From contig OZ024742.1 of assembly GCA_964016885.1 (NCBI GenBank), forward strand, positions 172,422,001-172,486,000: a DNA stretch of 64,000 nucleotides. The letters are read 5' to 3'. The number at the start of each line of letters is the position of its first letter. Position 1 is the first letter of the stretch. The DNA comes from Eledone cirrhosa. Lineage: Eukaryota. The notes under the pieces are model-generated. The model saw nothing but the letters and a program-made list of their open reading frames with translations. It made no database searches and was not told the DNA's origin. Made by a program: the position numbers and the translations under genes. Below, one piece after another: positions 10,746-22,837 of the stretch.

Positions 10746-13700
10746 TAGCCGTGTCTCTAGGGGAGAACGACCCCTCTAGTCTTGGTTGACACTCGTTCTA
10801 GAAGTGGTAACACGAAATGATTACCCCTTGGCGGATAAGGATAAAACGCGACAAAATAAAGTAAATGTCTAATGATAAAATCTCATACCGGATCGGCCGT
10901 CACCCGGGTAAAAAAGGGCCGCGTCCCTCAGAGAGGAACCAGACTGCGGTCGAAAAATCAGCTAATGGTTCAAACCTTCCCATCACTTTGGAGCTGGAGA
11001 CCTCCCATAACTGGAATACTCCTACTGTTGGCCCTCCATGCTCACCACCAAGAAATCCAAAGAAAAAGAGAGAAAAATGGTCAAGGGAAGATAATAAAGA
11101 AGTCCTTGAGGCTTTCTACACTGCCATGTACTACCCATCAAATACATCGAATACAGAACAGACATATATCAACTGGAAAAAGAAACATCCCGAAAACAGA
11201 GGCTATATTGACAGTAACAAACTAGCCAATATACGAAGAAATATTGTAAGAAAAAAGTTACTGACTGATATAGAAATTGATCAGATCAAGCTATTAGCAC
11301 AAAGTCAGCGAAGGGAAAATGAAACATGTGTCAGTGAAAACGAGGTAAACTGTAACACTTCGAACCCCAGGGTTGGGGCTGAATCACTGGCAACAGAATA
11401 AATTAAAGAAAGGATCGAAAAAGTGGAGGGAGTGCATGCTCAGGATGAAACTCCAAATGAAAATAATGAGATCGTAAATGATAAAGAAATGAATGAGAAT
11501 GAACTTGCCAACTTGAAGGATGAAATTATGATCGAATGGATGAAAATGAAAGAATCTGACATAGGGCAACGAGACACCCTCCCTAAGATCCAGAACTCCA
11601 AACAGAACCAAAAGATAATACACAAGACTAACATAATTCTCAAAAACATTATCATCACAAACAAACTAAACATTACTGATTTAAATCATCTCTATTATGT
11701 ATCGGCTAAAGTCACCACTCACTTATGTGGAGTGAAGATGTAAAAACAAAGGAATTCCCACAAGAAATCTACTTGGCAAGATAAAATCAATCGCCAAATA
11801 AACCTTCACCGATCTGACATAGACATTTTAACAAACTATAAAGTAGGTGAACATTTTAAACAAACTAAACTTAGAAAATTGAAAAAAAAGTACAGTATAA
11901 AATCAACATGTGACATAGACATGCTGATAGAAATAATCAAGCAAAAAGTGTCGGCCAAAGCTGCTCGTATAAGGCGCTTTGAAAAACGATCTAGATTCTA
12001 TAAGGACAATAATATGTTCAAAAACAACCAAAGAAACTTCTACAGAAAAATTGGTAAGTCAACAATAACTGCTAAATCAATACCATCCAAGGAGGAAGTG
12101 CAATAATTCTGGGAAAAGATCTGGGCCGAAGAAAAAGTTCTTAACATACATGCCCCATGGATAGACAGACAAATGAAATATACAGCTCACCTTGAGGAAC
12201 AAATATGGGAAAATATAACAGTTGAACAGTTGCGCTTGGCTCTAAGAAAAACCAGCAAATGGAAATCCCCAGGAAAAGACAAAATACAAAACTTTTGGAT
12301 AAGTGCCTTCACAGAGTCTCATGAGCTGTTAGCCCAACTTTACAATGAAATAGTTAAGGAGCCAGAAAAGATACCATCATGGCTAGTTAACGGCATTACA
12401 TTCCTGCTTCCGAAGAATGATGAGACAAACAATCCCAAAAATTACAGACCGATAACTTGCTAGACCACAATGTATAACATTTTAACATCAGTCCTAACTG
12501 AATACACATATGACCACCTGATAACAAATGACCTATTTCCCATTGAGCAGAAAGGGTGTAAACGAGGCTCATATGGCTGTAAGGATCAGCTTCTGGTTAA
12601 CAAAATGATACTGGAAGATTGTCATAATGGACACAAAAATCTATCGATTGCTTGGATAGATTATAAAAAAGCATTCGATAGTTTGCCACACAGTTGGATT
12701 GAAAAATGTTTAGAGATTTTCAAAATATCCCCCGTTGTCAGGAGGGTTTTGTCATTCAGTATGAAGACATGGAAAACGACACACCTTTTGAATAGTGAAA
12801 CAAAATCACTGGAAGCTGGAGAAGTTAATATTAATTGTGGAATTTTTCAGGGTGACTCTTTATCACCGCTTTTATTCTGCATCGCACTTATACCATTAAG
12901 TAAAATGCTCAATGAAACAAAACATGGATATAAAGTCTATGACAAAACCATTAATCACCTGTTCTACATGGATGACCTGAAACTATTTGCAAAATATGAT
13001 GAACAATTGCAAGGGCTATTAACCACTGTGGAGCAGTTCAGTGATGACATTAAAATGGAGTTTGGACTAGATAAATGCGCCAAAGCAACGTTCACCAGAG
13101 GAAAGCTGCTGAAGAGTTCAGACATTAATCTTGATCGGGGGAACGTGATAAGAGAACTTGATCAAGAAAAGACTTACAAATATCTAGGTGTTTGTGAAGG
13201 AGACGGAATCAAGCACTCGACATTGAGGGAAAGGATAAGGAAGGAATGTTACCGCAGAGTAAGAGCAATCTTAAGAACGGAATTGAATGCAAGGAATAGG
13301 ATCGATGCCATAAACACGCTTGCCATACCAGTAGTAACCTACAATTACAATGTCATCAACTGGTCAAGCACAGAGATCCGTAGGCTCGATACAAAAATTT
13401 GAAAATTCTTAACCATGCACATAATGCATCAGCCTAAGGCAGATATAGATAGAATATATCTCCCTAGGAAAGAAGGAGGCTGTGGGTTAATCCAGTTAGA
13501 CATTGCGTTGAAAACTGCAACAATTGGATTATCTACATATCTAAGGGAATCCCATGATTGGATGATCAAACTCGTTTTGAAACACGAAAGCATCAAAAGA
13601 TCATATTCCATTTCAAAAGATGCACAAAGATACAGTAATGGACTACACATTTCAGAAGTCCCATTTACTGCTGAAATGGAAAACACAGAAAAAGCAAAGC

Positions 13701-14662
13701 AGGTAAAAGTAACTGCAAAGAAAGAACTGCTACAGAAACTGGCTAAGAAATGAGAAGAAAAGCCTCTGTATGGAAAATACCCAGAGCGAGCTAACAATGC
13801 TGATGTTGACAAAACTTTAATCCATCAGTGGTTGACATCCTCTGGACTGAAATCGGAGACTGAAGGACTGATTATATCAGCACAAGATCAGTGTCTGGCA
13901 ACAAAAAATTACCAAGCCAACATAATAAAAAATGGATGCAGCCCATTATGCCGTGTATGCAAAAAACAACCAGAGACCATTGACCATAAAATTTCAATGT
14001 GCAGTCCTATAGCTCCAACCGAATACCTAAACAGGCATGACAGAGCTGCACAATACATACATTGGATAATGTGTAAGCATTTTGACCTGCCCCATCAAAA
14101 GAATTGGTGGGAGCATCAACCACCTCCCTTACTTGAAAAAGATCACATCTCAATCTTGTGGAACTTTAGCATCCAAACAGACCGAAAAATAGATGCAAAT
14201 AGACCTGATATAATATTGAAGGACTTTCAAAAGAGGGTATGCCTGCTAATTGATATGTCTGTTCCAATAGACAAGAATGTATCTATAAAAACATTTGAAA
14301 AATTGAGCAAGTATAAGGACCTGGAGATAGAAATTGGAAAAATGTGGAAATTGAGAACTAAAACAATACCAGTGGTTGTAGGCGCTCTGGGAATGATACC
14401 TAAGGGGTAGAATGATTACTTATCGCAGATCCCAGGAAACCCGCGTATAGGAGAAATACAAAAGATAGTACTAATGGGAACTGCCCATATAAATAAAGGA
14501 AGATTCTGTCAATATAAGTACATCACAAGTCTAAACACTAAAGATGCATGCGTGAGTATGTATGTTCTTCCTTGAACATGGCGGACCTTGTTGTCTCTTG
14601 AGGTCACTGGTTGCGACTTGGTGATAACTCGTATGAACATAAAGCAACATACATGCAACTGT
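10746..14662 (+). mobile_element. R4/Dong-clade non-LTR retrotransposon, near full length, inactivated
   Basis: One reading frame from 10865 to ~14517, broken by 7 nonsense codons and a terminal frameshift. Motifs KWKSPGKD, YRPITC, IDYKKAFDS, GIFQGDSLSP, YMDD, CRVC..ETIDH...C, RHD, NRPD..D..K (restriction-like endonuclease). Ends in (TAA)n, the known Dong target. Confidence 0.92.
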
Positions 14663-14678
14663 AATAATAATAATAATA

Positions 14679-14988
14679 AGAGAAGGAGAGGGAGAAAATT
14701 AACCGATACCAGGACTTAAAGTGGGAGATAAAAAGGATTTGGAAATACCATGAAGTCAAAGTGATCCCGATTGTCATAGGCGCACTGGGGACTATCTCCA
14801 AAAGTTTCCAGGGATGGTTAAAGAAAATCGGCCCCGTCACGCTTTTTGGAACGCTTCAAAAGGCATGCTTGCTGGGAACAGCAAGAACCCTCCGATACGT
14901 CCTGAATATCTGAGGCTGCAGGTAGTGGCTTGATATTCATTCCAACGGACTTTCCAGTTAACCAACATCAATGACTGAGATTCAAGGA
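14679..14988 (+). mobile_element. Second, divergent R4/Dong element, 5'-truncated 3' end
   Basis: Plus frame reads KEREKINRYQDLKWEIKRIWK...VIPIVIGALG...LQKACLLGTARTLRYVLNI*, then a short UTR and (AAT)n. Sits in the tail of the first Dong. Confidence 0.85.
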
Positions 14989-15011
14989 ATAATAATAATA
15001 ATAATAATAAT

Positions 15012-18000
15012 GATTTCTTATTCCTTTATTGGCTACAAGAGTTGACATCAAGGAAAAACATTACAGACGGCCCAGGACGGATGGATGTGTGTTTTGTGCG
15101 TGTAAATAGTTTTATTATTTATATAAGAAAAGAAAAAAAAGACATAGAAACACATATATATATATAAACAATAAAAATGAAAACCCGAGGGTTACTCGTG
15201 GCGAAAACCACACAAAATACCACGGCAACCCTGACCACCAGGGCAAGCGCCCTCTCTCAATTTTTCCATTTCTCAAACTACAGGCGTATATTCAGAGAGG
15301 TCCCGTTCACTCGGACCATTCTCGCTACATTCCCCTACCTTTCAACAAACTTGCTAGAAAGCAGCAGTTTCCTCTCCTCCCTGAAATTCCTCTTCAAGTG
15401 AAACTTGAAAAAGTTTATTAGGGATTCGCCGAAGAGGAAAGTGTCGGTCTTTAACCGTTTCAACCTTGTCCACCACACAATCTCTTTCGCCAAGGAAAAC
15501 GGCGAGACCATCTGCACAATGGATTCAGTCGATAACCGGATCAGTCCTACACGCGACAGCAACTGTTCGACATAGCCCCGCAAGTCAGCAATTCTCGGGC
15601 ACTAAACGAGTGCATGCACGACGGTTTCGTCGCTCTGCGAACATCTCGGACAGGCTCGGCTGACAGCACTTCCGTGCCTGTAGAGCTTATCTCGAACCGG
15701 CAGCGCTCCCCGATAGCACTGCCAGGTCAGGGATTTTTAGACGTTATCCATAGGCCCTGGGCTGAAAGTTCTCCGGAAGAGAGCAAACAGCTGATCTTCT
15801 TCGACGCCCAGGATCTCTCCGAGAACGTCGTCGCTCTTACCCTCCACTAGTCCTCTATAGAACGCCCAGCTGGCAGATTGCAGTGAGCGCCTGGAGACAT
15901 TACAGTTTCCAAGCGCTATCCCTCAGTCTTTTTCTGAGCCTGGACTGCAGCTCCGTCAAGGAGACGAGCTGTGGGAAAACGAGCCTGGCGAACGGCGACC
16001 ACACCTGTTCACCGTGAAGGAAGCACCAGATTTATCGCAACCTCAGCGCAGTTTGCGCATCATCAGCCATGGCATGTCCACTCCTCCACGCAATGGGTAT
16101 TGACAGCAGATGGATCGTCTGACCATGGGAGCGCGTCTCTTCCACAAAAAGCGGAAGAGGAGGCGCTCCATATTGGTGAGCGTTGGGCCAGGGCAAGGGA
16201 CGACGGTGAGGCGGTAGCAGATGACGGATGCGATGTATGCATTCTCCACCTCCGCCCGGCCTTTCAGGGACAGCTTCCTCTCGGCCCATTTCCGGGTGAG
16301 GGAGGCCACCTTTCTCGTCACCTCGTTCCAGTTTTCCTCCATCTGGAGGTCAGGTGCGAACCAGACCCCGAGCAATTTAACCGGCCGTCCCTCCAACGCC
16401 CAACGACGCTGTCGGACGGCATAGACTTGCTTCTCCAGATGCCGGGATGCAAGCCCACCGACTTTTCATGGTTTATCTTTGCTCCTGTCACCGCTTCGTA
16501 TTCCTTTAGAGCGGTGCAGAGCATATGGACGTGTCTGGTGCCCGACACAACCACGGTGACGTCGTCGGCGTAACCCGACTCGGATTCCCCGCATCCTAAT
16601 TCGCGTGGGACGCCCCTCATCGCCCCCAATTTGTACAGTAACGGCTCAAGAGCCAATACGTACAAGAGGGACGAGAGGGGACAACCCTGGCGGACCGAGC
16701 GCATGATGCTGAACGGTTGCGACAGGTGACCGTTCACCCTCACAACTGAGCATATGTCGCTGTACATTGCAGCGATCCAACCCCTGAAAACAGGCCGAAA
16801 CCGGCTGCCTCGAAGACTGCCGGCAGGTACCGATGGTCGACTCTATCGAATGCTTTGGATTGATCCAAGTTGATCAGGGCCCCACCCGTGCCAGGTTCCT
16901 TAACCACCTCTCTATGATATATCGCATGAGGTGGAGGTTGTCGTGTATGGATGTATCCGGAATGGCGCATGTCTGCGCCTCTCCCATCAGATCCTTGACG
17001 AAAAGCGCCGACCTCGTTGCTAACACCTTGACCAAAATCATGAACTCTGCGTTCAGCAGGGTTATGGGCCTGAAATTATCGATAACATCCCCCTTGTTCG
17101 GGTCTTTTCTTAGAATCGCCACCGCTCCCCGGCTCACAAAACTGGGAATGCTCCCGTTCTGCTGCCAGTTGCAGTAGACGTCTGCCAAGAGGACATCGAA
17201 CAAGTCTGGCATAAATGCATAAATCTCGTAGGGCAGACCAGCCAAACCTGGCGATTTACCCCACGTGCCGTTAGCCATCGCTTACCGTATTTCACAGGTT
17301 GTTATTGGCTTTTCGCAACACTGTGCTGCGGTCGTCCAGAGCCGAGGTAGTCCGTCGAGGTATGCACTGAAGTCCTTGGCCCGTTCCGGGCCGTCGCCGC
17401 TCCCAAACAGTTCAGCAAACTGTTGCTGAAAAGCTTCATACATCTGCTCGGGTTCGAGCAACACGCACCCGTTTTGATCAAACAAAGATCGAATTGTGAC
17501 TTTGCTGCCACGTCGCGCTTCTGCCACCCGGGCCCATTGAACGGCTTTTCTCTTCTCGTGTTTCAGAGTAAGGGCTCTAGCTCTGACAACGCAGCCTTGG
17601 TGTTTTACGTTGAATAATTGGTCGAGTGTCAATCTCGCCGCAAGAACGTCGGTTGCGATGTCTGTCCTAAACGCTCTTCTAGCTTTCTGACTAGCTCTCC
17701 CTCTACTCTATTTTCGTCTATCACTAGTCCTTTGCTAAACCTAATCGACTCTACTTGAATTGCGCTTTTCAGGGCGAACCACCACCTGTTATTAACGACC
17801 GTCCCGTCAACGCCCGCTTAACTAATACGCTAATCCGGTCTCTGTAGGCTTTGCGCGCCGGAAAGACGCGTTCAGCTTCCAGTAACCGGGCCCTTGTCTA
17901 TGAAGTCTGTCTATGGCGATCTCACACATCAAAAATTTGTGGTCTGTGTAGTCGACTATTTTAAATTGTGGACAACCTATACTAGCCTTATCTAGTTCTC

Positions 18001-19522
18001 TGCAGAATACCCTATCGAAATACGCTCTGGATGACAAGATGCGGTTTATCCATGTCCACATTGGTACATTCGGGTGATCCAGTCGATACCTGTCAGACAG
18101 TTCAAAACGTCTGAGCAGGTTGGTGTGGCTCTGGCACCCTCCTCCCCTATCCACTAGCCCCACACAATCCCAGCGTGCATCCAAGATACCGTTCCAGTCG
18201 CAAACTAACACTAAAGAGCGGAACGTTCCAAGAGAAGTCTCTAGACGTCTGAAGAAATCTGGTCGTCCTGCCCCTGTTGGAGCGTAGACGGCTACTAGCC
18301 TGAAAGCATTGCCTTCGCTGCCGGTCACGTCCACACCATCGACTTACCTTCTGTGTCTAGAAAGATGGCTCGTATGGCGAGATCCAAGCTTCTCCGAAAA
18401 AGGACCGCAACCCCTCCCCCCGATCCTGGACGGCTGGGAGATGCGTATAAGTCGTAGTCGCCGAAGATCCGTGCGAAGGCTTGTGCTTCGGAGATTCTGG
18501 TCTCACTGATGTCCACCACATCTTTGTTTAGTGACCTGATCTCGTTGAGCAGGTGACCCTGCTTCCAAGATGACCCCAGGCCACGTGCATTTATACTGCC
18601 TATTCTGAGTACGGCCATGTTGGATGAGACACGGGGCAAGTGAGAAAGGGTCACTTACCTTGAACGTGTGGTGAAGGGACAGTAGAACCGTCCCTTTTGT
18701 TGGTCATATGTGTTTCCAAGAGGATGTCAGTTTATATCCTCTTGGAAACCGACACTCTGAAGTCTCCAACTGGGCTGGGGAATTTTTGGTTTAAAGGTTT
18801 GTACTGTTCTATTGAAATTTCAATGATGCATATGTTTGTCGGGAGAGTTCTTGGTGTTGGTGGGGTGTAGTAGTTTTTTTCTGTGATGTCTGTGTGCTGC
18901 TTTATATATTGTAAGAGTTCTCTTTTTGCCATGTTTATGGTTGTGTACTTGTTGGGGGATGGGGTGATTTTGTTGCTGTTTTCTTCTTGTTGCTGTTTGG
19001 TGTGTGTGTTTTGTTTTGTTTACGTTGTTGGTGTTTTTGTTGAAGCTGGTGGTGGTGTTTTTTGTTGTTGGCGGTGGTGCTTGTGGTGGTGATGGTGATG
19101 GCGGTGGTGGTGTTGCTGCAAGTTTCCTTGCTGCCTTTACCCATCTTTGTGTGCCTTCTCTTTTGGAGGGTGAATCTAAGGGTTTTTTGGGGTTTTTTTT
19201 GTGGCAGACCGTTTGCCACTTCACTCCCGCCTGAAACTCCATATCGGATTCCGTGGCGTCTATGAGGGGTATGTGGTCTATGGCTGTTGGTGGTGGTAGT
19301 GGAGCTTTTTTCGGCAATTTTTTTGCTGGTATAGCTACTTCAAATGCAGCTACTGGTGTTGCCGCCACTGATGCTGCTGCTTTAGTTGTCCGTGGCCTTG
19401 GTACGAGTGCCACAGACGTTGCTCTCCTACTCACCGTGGAAGGAGTTTCTGCGTTTGTTGCCTGCCCTGCTCTTCGTAGCAGCGGACCAGGTATTGGAAG
19501 GAGAGGGGCCTTCTTCTTCGCT
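15012..19522 (-). mobile_element. Tx1-clade LINE copy 3, 5'-truncated within ORF1, ORF2 pseudogenised
   Basis: ORF2 from ATG at 18618 (MAVLRIGSINARGL) in many frameshifted pieces, including RQGCPLS and YADD; ORF1 C-terminal half 18655-19522; (ATT)n tail at 14989-15011. Confidence 0.9.
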
Positions 19523-22500
19523 GTCTTCTTTATTGGCCACAAGGGCTAACACGAAGAAAAATATTACAGACGGCACAGAACGGTACAGGGTGAGGAAAAG
19601 TGGGCGTTGGCCGTATAAAAACATTATAACAAGAAAATAGAAATGTGTAAAAACAAATTAAAAAATTCAAACCAAAAAATTTCCCCATAGGAGGAATCCT
19701 CCGTGAGTCGCTCGTAGCGAAAACCACAAAAAAGACGACGACCACCCAGACCACCAGGGTAAGCGCCCTGTCTCAATTCTCCCACTCCTCAGTCTACAGG
19801 CACATACTCAGAGCTAGTCCGTTCACTAGGACCACGCTCGCTACTTTCACCCACCTTTCAACAAACGTACTATAAGACAGCACTTGCTTCATCATCCTGA
19901 TTTTCCTCTGCAAGTGAAATTTGAAAAGGTTAATCAGGCATTCGCTGGAGAGGAAATTGTCCGTCTACAATCCTTTCAACCTTGTCCACCATACAACATC
20001 TTTGGCCATGGCCACCAGGCAGATGAAGACTGCCTGCCTTTCTCCCCCTTAAAACAGCATGGCGGAGCTATCTGCAAAATGGACTCAAGATGGATCCAGT
20101 TATCAACGTAGCCTCACAAATCAGATATGCTCGGGCACTGAATGAGTGTGTGCAAGGCAGTATCCTTGCCCTGCGCGCATCTCGGACATGCTCGGCTGAC
20201 AGTACTTCCATGCCTGCAGAGATTAACTCGAACTGCCTATGCTCCCCAGTAGCAGTGCCAGGTCAGGGATTTCTGGAATTTGTCCATAGGCCCCGGGCAG
20301 AAAGTTCTCATGAAGAGACTGAACAGCTGATCATCTTCGACGCCCAGAGTGTCCACAAGAACGTCGTCGCTCTTTTTTCTCCACTAATCCTCTATAGAAC
20401 GCCGAGGTGGATGTTCCACCAGTAATAGTGTAGAGGGCAGTGAGCAGTTGGAGACATTCCAGCTTCCAAGCGCTATCCCTCGGCCTTTTCCTGATTCCGG
20501 ACTGCAGCTCTGTCAAGGAGTCGAGCTAGGGGAAAACGCGTCTGACAATAGGTGACCACACCTGTTCGCCATGAAGGAAGCACCAGAGATGTCGGAGCCT
20601 CAGCGCATGTTTGCGCATCATTAGCAACGGCATGCCCAGTCATCAAAGCTTATCTAAGTCGACCACACAGAACACGAATTTGTGGTCTAGGTAGTCGACT
20701 ATTTTTAATTGTGGACAACCTATGCTAGAACTACCTATTTCCGTATAAAATGCTTTATCTAGATATGACCTGTATGACCCGATGCGGTTTGTCCATGTTC
20801 ACATTTGCACATTCGGGAAATCCGGTCATTACCTGTGAGACAGTTGGAAACGTCTGAGCAGATTTGCGAGGCTTTTACACCCTCTTCCCTTATCCGCTAA
20901 TCCCACACAAACCCAGCGTGCATCCAAGATCCCGTTCAATCACCTACTAACATTAAAGAGCGGGACGTTCCTAGAAAGGTCTCCACTCACCTAAAGAATT
21001 TAAGCTGTCCTACCATTGTCGGGGCATAAACAGCAACTAGCCTAAAAGCATAGCCTTCACTGCTGGTCACGTCCAGCACCACCGACTTACCTACTGGGTC
21101 CAAGAAGACGGCTCGTATCTCCAGATCCCTATTTCCCCGGAACGACACAACCCAACACCCCCACCCACTCCACGATACGGGCTGGCTTGGAGATGTGTAC
21201 ACCTCGTAGCCCCCGCAAATGAGACGACCCCAGGCTACATGCATTTTACTACCTATCCTGAGGGAAGCCATTTTGTCTAAGATGGAGGAAAGCAAGTGAA
21301 ATGGGAAATGTAAAAAGCTTTACCTTTTGGCAAGGAGGTGGGTGATGCATCCCTCTGACAAGTATGTAGTTAACCTGAGCACTGTACACAATAATTTCAT
21401 TATTTCATATTCTTTTCGAGAAGGTCCCTCGATAGTCTCCAATTGCCATGGGGAAATTTTACTTTAATGTTGTGTTATGCTTTGGAGAGATTTCAATTAT
21501 GTTTATGTGTGTGGGAGGTGCAATTTTGGTGGTCTGTATGTAGTGTGTTTCTGTGGTATTGGCGTGGTGTTGAATGTGATTAAAAAAGCTTGGTATTGTA
21601 TCTGTCTACAGCTATGTATTGTGTCTGCTTTTGGGATGTTGGTGCTTTCTGTGTTTGCTGTGGTTTTCCTGGAGGTGTCGATGAGATTGGTGATAATGAT
21701 GGTGGGGGTGGGGTGGCGGTGTTGGTGGCGGTGGTGATGCTGATTGTGAGGATGGTTTTGGGGGGCTGTGGCTGTTGATGGTGATGACGGTGGGATCGTT
21801 GACTTTTCATATGTTTTCCTCTTGTTTTTACAAGACGAAAGTAGTGAGTTCTTTCTCTTTTTTTCGCTGCGATGGATTTCCTCCCTTCAGCGTCATCACA
21901 CTCCCATTCCGATTTGCGATAGTGGGAAGGGCATGATCTCCATTGGTCTTGTTGGTGCTGTTGGTGGTGAAGGAGATGGTGTTTTTGTCGTTGGTGTCAC
22001 TGTTGCTGGTAGTTTTACAGCCACTGCGGCCTCGGGTGGTTTGGCCACTCCAGTCACAGGACACGGTGTAAGGAGAATGGGAAATGCATTCCCGCCTTGG
22101 TGAGTTTGGGGCAGAAGGCATTAAGGTGTGTTTTGGGCGCCTACCTTCGAGAGTCACCGGTAGATGTGGCTGAAGTTGTCCAGGTCAATCAGGGATGGCC
22201 TCTATGATTTATGGTTTGATTGGATGATTAGCTCCGTCTCTGAGCCTGACTAGTTTTCCTGCTTTATGCGCATGACGTCTAGGTTTGTTGTTGACTCCTC
22301 GACATCAGCGAGGACGGCCGCCATCAGCCAAGCGATCTTCACTGAAGGCGAAAAGTGGGTCATTTGGACCCTTTCTACTCTCTGGCCGCAGTATGTGGGC
22401 ACCATCATTATTTCTTCACTGCGGAGTGCATTGTGCTCTGGCTTCGGGTGGAGCGAAGAGAACATCTACGGTGCCATACTTTGATCCTTGGACTATGTAT

Positions 22501-22732
22501 GTTTTCTCTGCCCAGACGGCAGCCATAGCCCTTTTTTTCAATAACAATTTTCTTTTAAACACACAAAGTCAGATATTTGGGCCAAAAGGCCTAAATATTA
22601 TGGGGAGTCCTTTCTTGAGGGCAAAGACTATAGCCTCGTGCCCCTTTTGAAACAAAAGATATTAATAACAAACGTATTTAAAACTGTAGCAATAACAAAC
22701 TTACTCGAGCTCACAATAGTACGTCCATTCAC
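19523..22732 (-). mobile_element. Tx1-clade LINE copy 4, decayed, RT core deleted at ~20640
   Basis: ORF1 remnants (PTYCGQRVERV), APE remnants 20645-21271 and ORF2 C-terminal remnants 19790-20640. 3'UTR ends CTTGTGGCCAATAAAG. Confidence 0.85.
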
Positions 22733-22837
22733 TTGGCACAAGGCCAGCAATTACCCCAGTGCATTATTGGTGATTTATTTTATCGACCCCGAAAGGATGA
22801 AAGGCAAAGTTAACCACGGCGGGATTTGAACTCAGAC
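22733..22837 (-). mobile_element. Partial tRNA-derived SINE (family S1, octopus-SINE-like) fused to the 5' end of Tx1 copy 4
   Basis: Box B GTTCAAATCCC and core CTTTCATCC..GGGGTCGATAAAATAAA, shared with all other S1 copies. Confidence 0.85.

Noticed and set aside
10865-14517. Seven in-frame stops without frameshifts in the Dong ORF, suggesting recoding
   Set aside because: All three stop types occur and replace different expected residues (L, R, W), which fits ordinary nonsense decay.
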